Positions 1-9,704 of a stretch of 64,000 nt of DNA are shown piece after piece. The DNA comes from Gemmatimonadales bacterium. Its GTDB lineage: Bacteria > Gemmatimonadota > Gemmatimonadetes > Gemmatimonadales > GWC2-71-9. The translations under genes and the position numbers were made by a program. The stretch is from the NCBI GenBank assembly GCA_965249575.1, contig OZ252244.1, positions 96,001 to 160,000 of the forward strand, given 5' to 3'. The first letter of the stretch is position 1, and each line of letters begins with the position of its first letter. A model generated the notes under the pieces. The model ran no database searches, was not told where the DNA came from, and saw only the letters and a program-made list of their open reading frames with translations.

Positions 1-286
1 CTTAACGACTACGTTTGGGCCGCGATTCGGGCACGGTCGCGCGTTTAGTGCAAAGGCAGCAGATTGGTCCTGCATCGTAATGACAGCAAGCAACGTTGAC
101 ACATGCCAGATCGAGGATACCCGTATTGATGGAAGCGGTTCCCGACTCACCCGTCGTGCTTGCCCGTCCCGTCTTACTCTTTTCCGGCGGCTGACCGCGG
201 GACCCGCTTCGTGGCATCCCTGCCGCCAAAGTAGTCGGTACGGGTCCTTCAATAAGGCGACCCGCTCCGACCTCGGAGTGTGACCC

Positions 287-658
287 ATGATCCGCGGCGT
301 CCACACGATGTTCTACTCGACAGAGCCTGAGGCGCTGCGCGCGTTCCTCCGGGACAAGCTGCGCTTTCCCCACACGGACGTTGGCGGCGGATGGCTCATC
401 TTCGACCTCCCCGAAGCCGACATGGGATGTCATCCCGTCGATACCGCTGACGCGTCGCGTTCGGGAACCCACTCGATCTCCTTTTACTGCGACGATATCA
501 AGCAGACGGTTGCCGAGCTGGTGGTGCGCGGCGTCGAGTTTACGGACGGTATCACGGACGCTGGCTACGGGCTCCGAACACACTTCGAGATGCCCGGCCA
601 TGTGAAGGTTGAGCTCTACCAACCGAGTTACAGGAAGACCGCGAAGGGCAGCCGCTAG
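287..658 (+). CDS. VOC/glyoxalase family protein (single domain)
   Basis: H..FYS..PEALRAFLRDKL, ISFYCDDIKQTVAELVVRGVEF and VELYQP form the VOC pattern; GGAG upstream. Confidence 0.85.
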   Translation: MIRGVHTMFYSTEPEALRAFLRDKLRFPHTDVGGGWLIFDLPEADMGCHPVDTADASRSGTHSISFYCDDIKQTVAELVVRGVEFTDGITDAGYGLRTHFEMPGHVKVELYQPSYRKTAKGSR

Positions 659-663
659 CTCAC

Positions 664-1665
664 ATGAAACCACTCGAGGGAAGAGTCTGCATCGTGGCAG
701 GAGCCACGCGCGGAGCCGGGCGTGGGATCTCGTGTATGCTGGGCGAGGCCGGCGCAACCGTCTACTGCACCGGCCGCAGCGTGCGAGGCCAGCCCGCCAC
801 CAAGAATCGCCCGGAGACGATCGAAGAGACCGCTGAGATGGTGACACGCCACGGCGGGGCCGGCATCGCTGTGCAGGTCGATCACACGATCGAGAGCCAA
901 GTCGAAGGTCTCGTCGCGCGTGTTCGCGACGAACAGGGTCGTTTGGACGTGCTCGTCAACGACGTGTGGGGTGGGGACGAGCTCACCGAGTGGGGCAAGT
1001 CCTTCTGGCAGCTCGCCACCGACAAGGGTCTCGAGATGCTGGAGCGAGCAATCCACACTCACATCATCACGAGCCGTCATGCGGTGCCGCTCATGGTCGA
1101 TCGGAACGCTGGGCTGATCGTGGAGATCACCGACGGCGACTTCCAGGGATACCGTGGGAACCTCTTTTACGATTTGGCGAAGATCTCAGTGATCCGTCTG
1201 GCCTACATGATGTCGGCCGACCTCCACGATACGAGGGTCACCGCCCTGGCCGTCACCCCGGGTTTCCTCCGCTCCGAAGCCATGCTCGATCACTTCGGCG
1301 TGACCGAATCGAACTGGCAGGACGGGATCAAGAAGGACCAACACTTCGCCGAATCTGAGACTCCGTACTTCGTCGGTCGCGCCGTCGCGGCCCTGGCGGC
1401 TGATCCCAACGTGGCATCCAAGGCCGGCCGCGTGTTTGCTTCCTGGACGCTCGCGAGGGAGTACGGCTTCTCGGACCTTGACGGGCGCCGACCCGATTGG
1501 GGCAGCTACTTCGACCGTACGATGGCGTCCCTACTCGAGCGCGGCACCGCAACCGACGCTAGCGAGCGTCTGCTACTCAGGCTCCGGTGGTATCAGGTCT
1601 ATCTGGATCCCGACCGAGTGGACGAGGCGCGGCGTATCGAGCAGATCCTGTCCCAAGACGAGTGA
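664..1665 (+). CDS. SDR family oxidoreductase (DHRS1-like)
   Basis: VAGATRGAGRG Rossmann motif, LDVLVND, catalytic YDLAK (YxxxK). Confidence 0.9.
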   Translation: MKPLEGRVCIVAGATRGAGRGISCMLGEAGATVYCTGRSVRGQPATKNRPETIEETAEMVTRHGGAGIAVQVDHTIESQVEGLVARVRDEQGRLDVLVNDVWGGDELTEWGKSFWQLATDKGLEMLERAIHTHIITSRHAVPLMVDRNAGLIVEITDGDFQGYRGNLFYDLAKISVIRLAYMMSADLHDTRVTALAVTPGFLRSEAMLDHFGVTESNWQDGIKKDQHFAESETPYFVGRAVAALAADPNVASKAGRVFASWTLAREYGFSDLDGRRPDWGSYFDRTMASLLERGTATDASERLLLRLRWYQVYLDPDRVDEARRIEQILSQDE

Positions 1666-1705
1666 GGGATGCCGATGCTATTCCCTGGCATAGATCGGGA
1701 GCTCC

Positions 1706-1959
1706 GTGCCGGCTGAGTCGAAGCCGTCGCGGGACGCGGTGTTGACGTTGCTCGATCGCTCCTTTCCGTTGCCAGACCGTGCAGCCGTGCTCGAGCTGCT
1801 CGACCTGTACGGGGCAGAGCAATACGAGCGGGAACGAGAGCGCGTGCAGCTCGCGATTCTAAAGTTGAGCCGGGGAATATCGACAAGCTCCTGGATTTCG
1901 TCGACCTTGCCAAGCGCGACTACCGGGACGTTCTCTATGCGGCGGAATACAAGAAATGA
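1706..1959 (+). pseudogene. Small helical hypothetical protein, 1-nt frameshift in G-run at ~1872-1875
   Basis: Adding one G gives ERVQLAILKLSRGNIDKLLDFVDLAKRDYRDVLYAAEYKK*, whose TGA overlaps the next ATG (ATGA 1956-1959). Confidence 0.7.
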
Positions 1960-2338
1960 GACGCGCCCACCTGGTGGTCGGATTCGTCTTTCTGGGGATC
2001 TTCGCGCTGACCGGCCTCTACATGGGCCATACCTTCCCCGATGCGTACCGAGGCAACCTCCAAACACGCGCGTACTTTCACGCGACACACATCTACATTC
2101 TCCTCTCGGCGCTGTTGAACGGGCTGCTCGGCCTCTACTTTCACACCGCGAGGTGCTCTGCTGCAAAACGCTGGGTCCGCCTTACTCATGACAGTACCTG
2201 CCTTCTTCACGATCGGATTCTTCCTCGTCCAGGCTCCCGGCCGCCAGGACGTGCCGCTCGTCATGGGAGGGCTCGTCCCTGGCGATCGTGGGCGCGCTAC
2301 TTCACCTGATCGGGTACAGCCTCCGAGGCCAGGCGTAG
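1956..2338 (+). pseudogene. Small 4-TM membrane protein with two frameshifts (~2155, ~2279)
   Basis: Hydrophobic segments continue across three frames: HIYILLSALLNGLLGLY / LQNAGSALLMTVPAFFTIGFF / LAIVGALLHLIGYSLRGQA*. Confidence 0.65.
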
Positions 2339-2489
2339 CCGAATCCCGCCGGCTGCGAGCAACGGTCCGGCCCTACGAGGCACGACCACTCCCCGGGTCC
2401 GGTTCCCTTCTCTACCGGGATTCGCCGCGATAGCTTCTTGAGGCAAGTTTTGCGGTCGCCCGGTTAACCCACCTTTCGAGGATTATCGA

Positions 2490-3809
2490 ATGGCAACACT
2501 CCGCGGACGGTTCGTGTGGCACGACCTCATGACGACGGACACTCAGGACGCCACGAGATTCTACCCGCAAATCACCGGGTGGAGCCTGATGCCCGATGAT
2601 CCGAGCTACCAGATGTGGGCATACGAAGGGAAGCCGCTGGGCGGTCTCATGGACCTCCCCGACGAGGCGAAGAGCATGGGTGCCAAGCCGAATTGGCTGC
2701 CTTACGTCGGCACCCCGAGCGCCGAGGCCACGGTCAGTCAGGCAACGGCGCTGGGCGGCAACGTGTTGAAGGACGTGACGAGCATTCCTACGGTCGGACG
2801 TTTCGCCGTGCTCGCCGATCCGCAGGGCGCCGTGTTCGCGATCTTTATGCCGGATGACGAGCAACCGGGAACCGACGACCCGCCGGGGCTCGGGGCCTTC
2901 TCCTGGCACGAGTTGGCCACCACGGACCTCGATGCCGCCTTCCGGTTCTACCAGGCGCTGTTCGGTTGGCAGAAAACCGAATCGATGGACATGGGCCCTG
3001 GTGGTACCTATTTGATGTATGGGTGGCCAGGGACGACCCTGGGAGGCATATACAACAAGCCACCGGAGATGCCGGCCCCGCCCCACTGGCTCTGCTACGT
3101 GACCGTCCCGAGTGCCGATCGCGGGGCCGAGCAGGTTCGCGCCCTCGGCGGAACGGTGGCCGTTGGCCCCATGGAGGTGCCGGGCGGCGATCGGATCGCA
3201 CAATGCCTCGATCCTCAAGGCGCCGCGTTCGCCCTGCATTCAACGGCCGCCGCACAAGCGGTCCCGACCGCACCTGAACCCGCAAAGGCGTCCACCGGCC
3301 GTGAAGCGGTCAAGAAAGAGCTTCGGACGCGGGTTGCGAAGAAGACCGTCACGCGAGCCGCCCGCAAGGCGACCACAAAGACAAAGGCAGTCCGCAAGTC
3401 TGCCCGCGGAAAGAAAGCGGTCCGAAGTAGCGCCAAGAAGACCGCCCGCAAAGTCGTAAGGAAGGCCCGCACCGCGGGCAAATCCGCTCGCCAAAAGGCC
3501 ACGACGACCGCGAAGAAGGCAATCCGCAAAGCGGCGAAGAAGACGCGCACCGCGGGCAAGTCGGTTCGCCGAAAGGCCACCAAGACCGCGAAGAAGACCA
3601 AGGCCACCGCTAAGAAGGTGGCCAGCAGGACTGCCCGGAAGGCCTCAAAGCGACTGAAGAGCGCGAAGAAGGCCGCTGGGCGTACCGCGCGGAAGGCCAC
3701 TAAGCGCGCGAAGAGAGCTCTTCGCCGGACAGCCCAAAAGGCCGGCAAGCGGGTCCGAGCCCTGGGCAAAGCCGCCAAGAAGACGGCCAAACGCAGGCTC
3801 CGACGGTAG
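2490..3809 (+). CDS. Tandem VOC (CFP32/27-kDa-antigen-like) protein with C-terminal Lys/Arg/Ala-rich histone-H1-like tail
   Basis: GRFVWHDLMTTD...DPQGAVF and FSWHELATTD...DPQGAAF repeats; last 162 aa contain no D/E. Confidence 0.9.
   Translation: MATLRGRFVWHDLMTTDTQDATRFYPQITGWSLMPDDPSYQMWAYEGKPLGGLMDLPDEAKSMGAKPNWLPYVGTPSAEATVSQATALGGNVLKDVTSIPTVGRFAVLADPQGAVFAIFMPDDEQPGTDDPPGLGAFSWHELATTDLDAAFRFYQALFGWQKTESMDMGPGGTYLMYGWPGTTLGGIYNKPPEMPAPPHWLCYVTVPSADRGAEQVRALGGTVAVGPMEVPGGDRIAQCLDPQGAAFALHSTAAAQAVPTAPEPAKASTGREAVKKELRTRVAKKTVTRAARKATTKTKAVRKSARGKKAVRSSAKKTARKVVRKARTAGKSARQKATTTAKKAIRKAAKKTRTAGKSVRRKATKTAKKTKATAKKVASRTARKASKRLKSAKKAAGRTARKATKRAKRALRRTAQKAGKRVRALGKAAKKTAKRRLRR
3468..3596 (+). 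repeat. Imperfect direct repeat, 78-nt (26-codon) period, inside the basic tail
   Basis: cgcaccgcgggcaa...aaggccac...gaccgcgaagaag at 3468-3518 and 3546-3596 (RTAGKSARQKATTTAKK / RTAGKSVRRKATKTAKK). Confidence 0.8.
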
Positions 3810-3893
3810 GCCCGGGGCGAATTCCGTGCGCCCCGCCGGCCTCTCCCGATCGGCATGTCCGATGCGGCGGAGTTCGGCGGCCAGGAGACACAT

Positions 3894-4256
3894 GTGCCCA
3901 AGCTGATCGACGCACCCACCATCATCGAAGCCGCCGGAAACAAACCCAAGCGGATCGAGGAATACGTGGGCCGGGTCAACACAGGTCACGACGCCGTCAG
4001 CGTGGCCCGCATGGTCTCACCAGAGGGGTGGCAGGAGCCGGGCCAGAAGCCGGACTTCCTCGAGATAGCGGTCGTCACTCGGGGTTTCCTCCGAGTCGAG
4101 CACGATTCTGGTATGATTGACGTCCGCGAAGGTCAGGCCGTCCTGACCCGGCCCGGTGAGTGGATCCGCTACTGTACACCGGGGCCCGGAGGCGCCGAGT
4201 ATGTCGCGGTCTGTCTTCCGGCCTTCTCGACTGAATCAGTGCACCGGGACGTTTGA
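3894..4256 (+). CDS. Cupin domain protein
   Basis: AAGNKPKRIEEYVGRVN, GWQEPGQKPDF, YVAVCLPAFS; AGGAG upstream of GTG 3894. Confidence 0.85.
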   Translation: MPKLIDAPTIIEAAGNKPKRIEEYVGRVNTGHDAVSVARMVSPEGWQEPGQKPDFLEIAVVTRGFLRVEHDSGMIDVREGQAVLTRPGEWIRYCTPGPGGAEYVAVCLPAFSTESVHRDV

Positions 4257-4301
4257 CGCCGCGGTGTCTCGCCGTGCCCTGACCCCTACCCAAGCCGACC
4301 C

Positions 4302-4952
4302 GTGAGGACTGAGCTGTGGATTCTGCTCGCGCTCGGGAGCGCCCTCCTGATCGCGTCGGGCGTACAACCTCACGATCGCCTCACGTGGGTGCTCGAGGTC
4401 GCCCCCATTCTCGTTGGTGTCCCAATCCTTGTCCTGACCGGCCGGCGGTTCCCGCTGACACCGCTCGTATACCGGCTCATCTTCGTCCATGCGCTAATCT
4501 TGATGCTCGGAGGGCATTACACCTATGCCCGCGTTCCGCTCGGTTTTTGGGTCCAAGACATCTTCGACCTGGGCCGGAACCACTACGATCGGCTCGGCCA
4601 TTTGGCTCAGGGATTCATACCGGCGATTCTGGTGCGCGAGCTTCTCCTCCGCCGTTCGCCACTCGTTCCCGGGAAATGGCTGTTCGTCCTCGTCACCGCA
4701 GTGTGTCTCGCCTTCAGCGCCTGCTACGAGTTCCTGGAGTGGTGGTCGGCGCTCCTCGGCGGCGAGTCAGCCGATGCCTTTCTCGGGACACAGGGGGACA
4801 TTTGGGACACGCAATGGGACATGTTTCTCGCGCTCCTCGGTGCGATGAGCGCGCAATTGCTTCTTGCGCGCCGCCACGATCGCGAACTCGCGCGCCTCGC
4901 CGCACCAGGTTGGGTCGAGTCCCAAGAGCCCTCGGTGCAGGACCGCCATTGA
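4302..4952 (+). CDS. DUF2238 / YjdF-like inner membrane protein
   Basis: GGHYTYARVP, RNHYDRLGH, FLGTQGDIWDTQWDM signatures. Confidence 0.9.
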   Translation: MRTELWILLALGSALLIASGVQPHDRLTWVLEVAPILVGVPILVLTGRRFPLTPLVYRLIFVHALILMLGGHYTYARVPLGFWVQDIFDLGRNHYDRLGHLAQGFIPAILVRELLLRRSPLVPGKWLFVLVTAVCLAFSACYEFLEWWSALLGGESADAFLGTQGDIWDTQWDMFLALLGAMSAQLLLARRHDRELARLAAPGWVESQEPSVQDRH

Positions 4953-5010
4953 CCTTGGGGATCAGCTTGGCAGCCCATCACAACCTGTACCGTCTCGAGA
5001 GGAACGGCTC

Positions 5011-5757
5011 ATGACTTTGAGCAAGCGTCAGCAAGACCTCTGCGACTCCAGCAAATGGGATTTCTCCGATTTGAAGGCGCTCTTTCTGAACTGCACCCTC
5101 AAGCGCTCACCGGAGCCGTCGCATACGGAGGGCCTCATTCAGATCTCGAGAGCAATTATGGAAACGAACGGCGTGACGGTCGATTCCCTCAGGCCGGTCG
5201 ACCACGACATCGCATACGGCGTTTATCCCGACATGAGGGACCACGGTTGGGAGCGGGACGACTGGCCGGAGATCTATGAGAAGGTGAAGGAAGCCGACAT
5301 CTTGGTGCTCACGTCCCCGATATGGCTCGGTGAGAAATCCTCCGTATGCACGAAGGTTATCGAGCGACTCTACGCCAACTCGCACGTCCTGAACGAGCAC
5401 GGCCAATACGCGTACTATGGCCGAGTTGGCGGATGTCTGATCACGGGAAACGAAGACGGTGCCAAGCACTGCGCCATGAACATTCTCTACTCCTTGCAAC
5501 ACCTGGGATACACGGTGCCTCCACAGGCTGACGCCGCGTGGTTAGGGGAAGCAGGTCCCGGCCCGTCCTATCTCGACCCTGGGTCCGGTGGTCCCGAGAA
5601 CGACTTCACCAATCGCAACACGACGTTTATGACGTGGAACCTCTTGCACCTGTTGCGGATGATCAAAGACGCAGGTGGGATCCCCGCTCACGGAAACCAG
5701 CGCTCGGAGTGGGAGGCCGGTTGCCGGTTCGATCACCCGAATCCGCTCTATCGCTGA
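5011..5757 (+). CDS. Flavodoxin-fold NAD(P)H-dependent FMN reductase family protein
   Basis: NCTLKRSPEPSHT, ADILVLTSPIWLGE, ITGNEDG, NDFTNRNTTFMTWNL. Confidence 0.85.
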   Translation: MTLSKRQQDLCDSSKWDFSDLKALFLNCTLKRSPEPSHTEGLIQISRAIMETNGVTVDSLRPVDHDIAYGVYPDMRDHGWERDDWPEIYEKVKEADILVLTSPIWLGEKSSVCTKVIERLYANSHVLNEHGQYAYYGRVGGCLITGNEDGAKHCAMNILYSLQHLGYTVPPQADAAWLGEAGPGPSYLDPGSGGPENDFTNRNTTFMTWNLLHLLRMIKDAGGIPAHGNQRSEWEAGCRFDHPNPLYR

Positions 5758-5788
5758 CGCCAACAACAAGCCCCGGCGAGATCAGACA

Positions 5789-6202
5789 ATGGGTAATGCA
5801 ACTTTTCCTACCGATGGCGTGGAGCTGACCCATCTCATGGTCGTCGGCGACATTGCCAGGGCACGCGACTTTTATCGAGATGTCCTCGGCGCCGAGATCT
5901 ATCGAGAGTACGGAGGGACCTCTTGTGTCCTGCGGTTCCAGGGCACTTGGCTCCTGCTGGTGACGGGCGGCGAGCCCACCAGGGACAAGCCCGGCGTGAC
6001 CTTCGCCCCGCCGTCCGACCCAAACCGCGTGAGCCATCAGTTGACTTTGCGCGTACCGGATTGCCGCGGGGCCTACGCCGTGCTTCAGTCGCGGGGAGCG
6101 GAGTTCCTGACGCCACCCAACGATCGTGGGGGCGAGATACGGTGCTTCTTCCGCGATCCGGACGGCCACTTGCTCGAGATCAGCGAGGTCGTCGAGTCGT
6201 AG
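5789..6202 (+). CDS. VOC/glyoxalase family protein
   Basis: THLMVVGDIARARDFYRDVLG, RCFFRDPDGHLLEI. Confidence 0.9.
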   Translation: MGNATFPTDGVELTHLMVVGDIARARDFYRDVLGAEIYREYGGTSCVLRFQGTWLLLVTGGEPTRDKPGVTFAPPSDPNRVSHQLTLRVPDCRGAYAVLQSRGAEFLTPPNDRGGEIRCFFRDPDGHLLEISEVVES

Positions 6203-6409
6203 CGGAACAGAGGCTGGGGATTGACGAAACGCGGCCTACCCGTTGACCGAAAAGCTGCTGTCCGGATTGATCTCCCGGAGCCGCGAGTAGAACCCGACAT
6301 TCAGCCCGAGTTTCTTGTAACGCGTGGTGACACGAACTGGACAGCAAGGCCGCAACGCTCGAAAACTTGCTGGAGCGCCTGACGTAGTACTGGATTGGGG
6401 ATCGAACAA

Positions 6410-7579
6410 ATGAACGACGCTCGTGCCTTGGACGGACTTCGCGTTTTGGATCTCGCCCAGTACGTGCCGGGCGCCTTCGCTGCGGCGCTGCTCGCGGATA
6501 TGGGGGCGGACGTCATACGGATCGACCGTGCCCCGCTCGCTCCGGCGCCCGAGCCTGAGCAGCTGAACGACGGAACGAGGCAGGGAAAGCGATCGCTCGC
6601 CATCGATCTCAAGAACCCGGCGGCGCTCGAGGTGGCAATGCGCCTGGTGGAGCGGGCAGACGTGTTGATCGAAGGCTTCCGGCCCGGCGTGATGGAACGG
6701 CTCAGTTTGGGACCTGACGTGGCCCTCGCCCGCAATCCGCGACTCGTCTATGCGAGGCTCACGGGTTGGGGACAGACGGGGCCGCTCGCGGACCGCGCTG
6801 GCCATGACATCAACTACCTCGCGATCTCCGGGGCGCTCGGCGCCACCGGTCGGGCGGAAGAACGGCCTACGCCGGCGATCCCGCCGCTTGCCGACTTCGC
6901 CGGGGGAAGCCTCATGTGTGCCTTCGGAATCGTCTGCGCGCTGCAATGGCGGGAGCGAACGGGACAGGGGCAGGTCATCGATGCCGCCATGGTCGATAGC
7001 GTCGTGAACATGATGGGACCGTTCTTCGCCGCCGCCGCGGCGGGTACCTGGGGACCCAGGGGCACGAATCTACTGGACGGGGGCACGCCGTTCTACGAGG
7101 TCTACGAGACGTCGGACCATCGGCATGTGAGCGTCGGGGCTATCGAGCCGAAGTTCTACGGGGAGTTGATCGCTGGCCTGGGCCTCACCGACGAGGATCT
7201 ACCCGCTCAGATGGACAGTGCGCACTGGCCGGACTTGAAGCGCCGTTTTACTGGAGTGTTCCGATCCAAGACGCTGGCTGAGTGGAGGGCTGTCTTCGAT
7301 CACCTGGACGCCTGCGTGTTTCCGGTCCTCGCGCTCGAAGACGTGGCATCACATCCCCACCACGCGGCTCGGGCGTCGTTCGAGCGAGGTCCGGGAGGTG
7401 TCGTGCGCCCAGTGGCGACGCCGCGCCTCTCGCGCTCACCAGCATCGAGTCGCGGAACCACCGGACTGCCGGGCGAGCACACGTTGGCCATACTGGCCGA
7501 AATCGGACTGGACGCCCCGGCGGTCCAGAAGCTGCTAGCCGAGGGAGTCGTAACTTCGAGCGCAGACGCTCCGGTGTGA
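6410..7579 (+). CDS. CaiB/BaiF family III CoA-transferase / alpha-methylacyl-CoA racemase-like
   Basis: LDGLRVLDL, EGFRPGVMERL, GHDINY, ADFAGG. Confidence 0.9.
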   Translation: MNDARALDGLRVLDLAQYVPGAFAAALLADMGADVIRIDRAPLAPAPEPEQLNDGTRQGKRSLAIDLKNPAALEVAMRLVERADVLIEGFRPGVMERLSLGPDVALARNPRLVYARLTGWGQTGPLADRAGHDINYLAISGALGATGRAEERPTPAIPPLADFAGGSLMCAFGIVCALQWRERTGQGQVIDAAMVDSVVNMMGPFFAAAAAGTWGPRGTNLLDGGTPFYEVYETSDHRHVSVGAIEPKFYGELIAGLGLTDEDLPAQMDSAHWPDLKRRFTGVFRSKTLAEWRAVFDHLDACVFPVLALEDVASHPHHAARASFERGPGGVVRPVATPRLSRSPASSRGTTGLPGEHTLAILAEIGLDAPAVQKLLAEGVVTSSADAPV

Positions 7580-7596
7580 GCACTCGACCCGGCGCC

Positions 7597-8106
7597 TTAC
7601 ATCCCCCGCTCGTCGGCCGTCGGTCCATACATGGCGGGCACGGGCACGTCGCAGAGCCGGTAGTACACGCCGAGCTGTGCCCGGTGATGAATGAGATGGT
7701 TCATCACAAAACTCCGTAGCACGGCGATCCGTGGCATCGTGAAGATCTCCTTCCCTCCCGCCAGCAAGGACCACGGACCCAACAAGGTCTCGTCGCTCGC
7801 GCCGGCGATCGCCTTGCGCGCCTCCGCCACGCTGGCGTCGAATCGATCGAGCAACTCTGCCGGCGTCTTGGCCTCCTCCGCGCGTGGCGGTTCCCCGCCG
7901 ACAGGGGTCATGTCAAAGGAGTCATTATCGATCGTGGATCCCGCCCACGTCGGAAGATTGGCGATGTGAGTAGCCAGTCCCCCAAGCGCCCACGACTTTT
8001 CGTGCGGCTTCCAATTGAATCGATCGGCGGGCGCGCGCTCCAGCACACGCCGCGTAGTAGCCATCTCATGGTCGAATTCGGGAAGTAACGAGCTATTCAG
8101 CCCCAT
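7597..8106 (-). CDS. DinB/YfiT superfamily protein
   Basis: WKPHEKSW, LATHI, NHLIHHRAQLGVYYR His motif; AAGGAGG RBS before ATG 8106. Confidence 0.9.
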   Translation of the reverse strand: MGLNSSLLPEFDHEMATTRRVLERAPADRFNWKPHEKSWALGGLATHIANLPTWAGSTIDNDSFDMTPVGGEPPRAEEAKTPAELLDRFDASVAEARKAIAGASDETLLGPWSLLAGGKEIFTMPRIAVLRSFVMNHLIHHRAQLGVYYRLCDVPVPAMYGPTADERGM

Positions 8107-8663
8107 CGGTCCTCCTTTGCTCGCGGCGCGGTGATGGGCACGACAAACGTGGGTAACAGGCTGAGCGGTAGCCGTAGGAGTGGCGCGAGGGACTCGGGAT
8201 TCTCCATGCCCAGGCGGGTGGCGGTCGTAACCACGAAGAGAATGTCCGCTAGCCCCACGACGTTCCATACGACATAAGCGAGGCGCCACCGGCCGTGCGG
8301 CGGTCCTCTGGCGAGAAGGACAATGGCGAGCGCCGCCACCGCGATGTCTCCCCAGCCACCGAGAACGGCAAATGCGTACGGTAACTCGCCTCGACTGTAC
8401 AGAATCAGGAAGTAAAACCCGACGAATCGCGTAAGGTGAAAGGCGACGAGCACCCGGGCATCCACCGCCGCAATCCACGCCCGATACGGCGCCACGAGGC
8501 GCAGGAGGAGCAGGCCTCCGAAAGTCAGCGTAATCAGGATGAGCTGGGGCACGGGGGGCCGCAGGTCGCGAAGCAGCCCGGCGGCGCCCGTGCCGACCGC
8601 TATGAGCAGCCATGCGATTAGCGTGTTCTTTACAATGCGAGCGGTGTGGATCGGAGCTCCCAT
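8097..8663 (-). CDS. Multi-pass membrane hypothetical protein, C-terminus apparently truncated
   Basis: Several TM segments (HLTRFVG, WNVVGLADI, PLSLLPTFVVP); last helix runs abruptly into the DinB RBS region. Confidence 0.65.
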   Translation of the reverse strand: MGAPIHTARIVKNTLIAWLLIAVGTGAAGLLRDLRPPVPQLILITLTFGGLLLLRLVAPYRAWIAAVDARVLVAFHLTRFVGFYFLILYSRGELPYAFAVLGGWGDIAVAALAIVLLARGPPHGRWRLAYVVWNVVGLADILFVVTTATRLGMENPESLAPLLRLPLSLLPTFVVPITAPRAKEDRWG

Positions 8664-8700
8664 TGGGGTCTGAGGACCTGCCCCGCTGGCACCGAGAGGG

Positions 8701-9003
8701 TCATTCCGGCGACCGCCACCCGCGCAGCTCGTAGTATCGCCGCCACGGCGTTGCACGAATGGGGTGAATGCCGTTTCGCCGGCACCAAACGAAATGCACC
8801 GTTCCGCCCGCGGCAGCACCAACGGCCGGAAAAACGAGAGACCAGTGGCCAACCAAAGTGTACAGGACCATCGTTCCGATGATGAGGATGGACCATTTCA
8901 AGATCTTACGCCACGCCGGCGTCTCGATCTCGAATCGGGCGAAAATGCCCTGTCCAAGAACCGAGAGCGTCAACAGGACCAGAAGTTCGAGTTCGATACC
9001 CAT
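8701..9003 (-). CDS. Small membrane hypothetical protein
   Basis: 2-3 TM segments, HFVWCRRNGIHP...YYELRGW C-terminus. Confidence 0.75.
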   Translation of the reverse strand: MGIELELLVLLTLSVLGQGIFARFEIETPAWRKILKWSILIIGTMVLYTLVGHWSLVFPAVGAAAGGTVHFVWCRRNGIHPIRATPWRRYYELRGWRSPE

Positions 9004-9141
9004 GAGAGATCGGGTCCAATCACGAGAGTTGGGAGTCGTCTGACAATATGTCTGCCCGGAAATGCACCCACCAGACCGCAGCTCTGAGTAACTTGGACGG
9101 TCGCGCGCACTGTCCCCACCCCCACGTTCACCAACGATGCG

Positions 9142-9648
9142 ATGGCTGAGATTCTTCCACTCCTACTGCTTCTTGCGTGCCTTATCGCGGGACTCCTGCT
9201 CGTCCCCTTCGGCCTGCCCGGCCTGTGGATCATGCTGGCAGGGGTCGTCGGTTATGCATGGCTCACCGATACCCGGTCCGTTGGTGTCGCAACCATCGGG
9301 ATCGCGCTCGCCCTCGCCTTCCTCGGCGAAATCGTCGAGGCGTGGCTCGGATTTCGATTCGCCCGCCGCTACGGAGGATCGAGTCGCGCCGGCTGGGGAG
9401 CTCTCGCCGGTGGAATCGCGGGCGCACTCGTGGGGGTGCCCGTGCCGATCATCGGAAGCGTGGTCGGCGCCTTCGTTGGATCGTTCCTCGGGGCGGCGGC
9501 ACTCGAGTACACCCGCTCGCGACGGAGCCAGGTGGCCGTCGGTGCTGGATGGGGCGCAGTCCTGGGACGGGCAGCGGCAGCGGCGGTCAAGATTGGGTTG
9601 GGACTCGTGATCGCGGTCTTTGCCCTGTTTGCGGCTTTCCGGGCTTAG
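9142..9648 (+). CDS. DUF456 (YqgC-like) membrane protein
   Basis: PFGLPGLW, ARRYGGSSRAGWGALAGG, PVPIIGSVVGAFVG. Confidence 0.85.
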   Translation: MAEILPLLLLLACLIAGLLLVPFGLPGLWIMLAGVVGYAWLTDTRSVGVATIGIALALAFLGEIVEAWLGFRFARRYGGSSRAGWGALAGGIAGALVGVPVPIIGSVVGAFVGSFLGAAALEYTRSRRSQVAVGAGWGAVLGRAAAAAVKIGLGLVIAVFALFAAFRA

Positions 9649-9704
9649 CTGGCAACCGGGAGGTGCGGCGCCCCGGTGGTGGCCGCGACCCCGAACCTTC
9701 GGGC

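Noticed and set aside
1..286. Riboswitch or promoter at the window start
   Set aside because: TTGACA near 96 has no correctly spaced -10, and I recognised no aptamer consensus.
3311..3806. CRISPR or non-coding tandem array
   Set aside because: The repeats are degenerate, in frame and explained by K/A/R codons.
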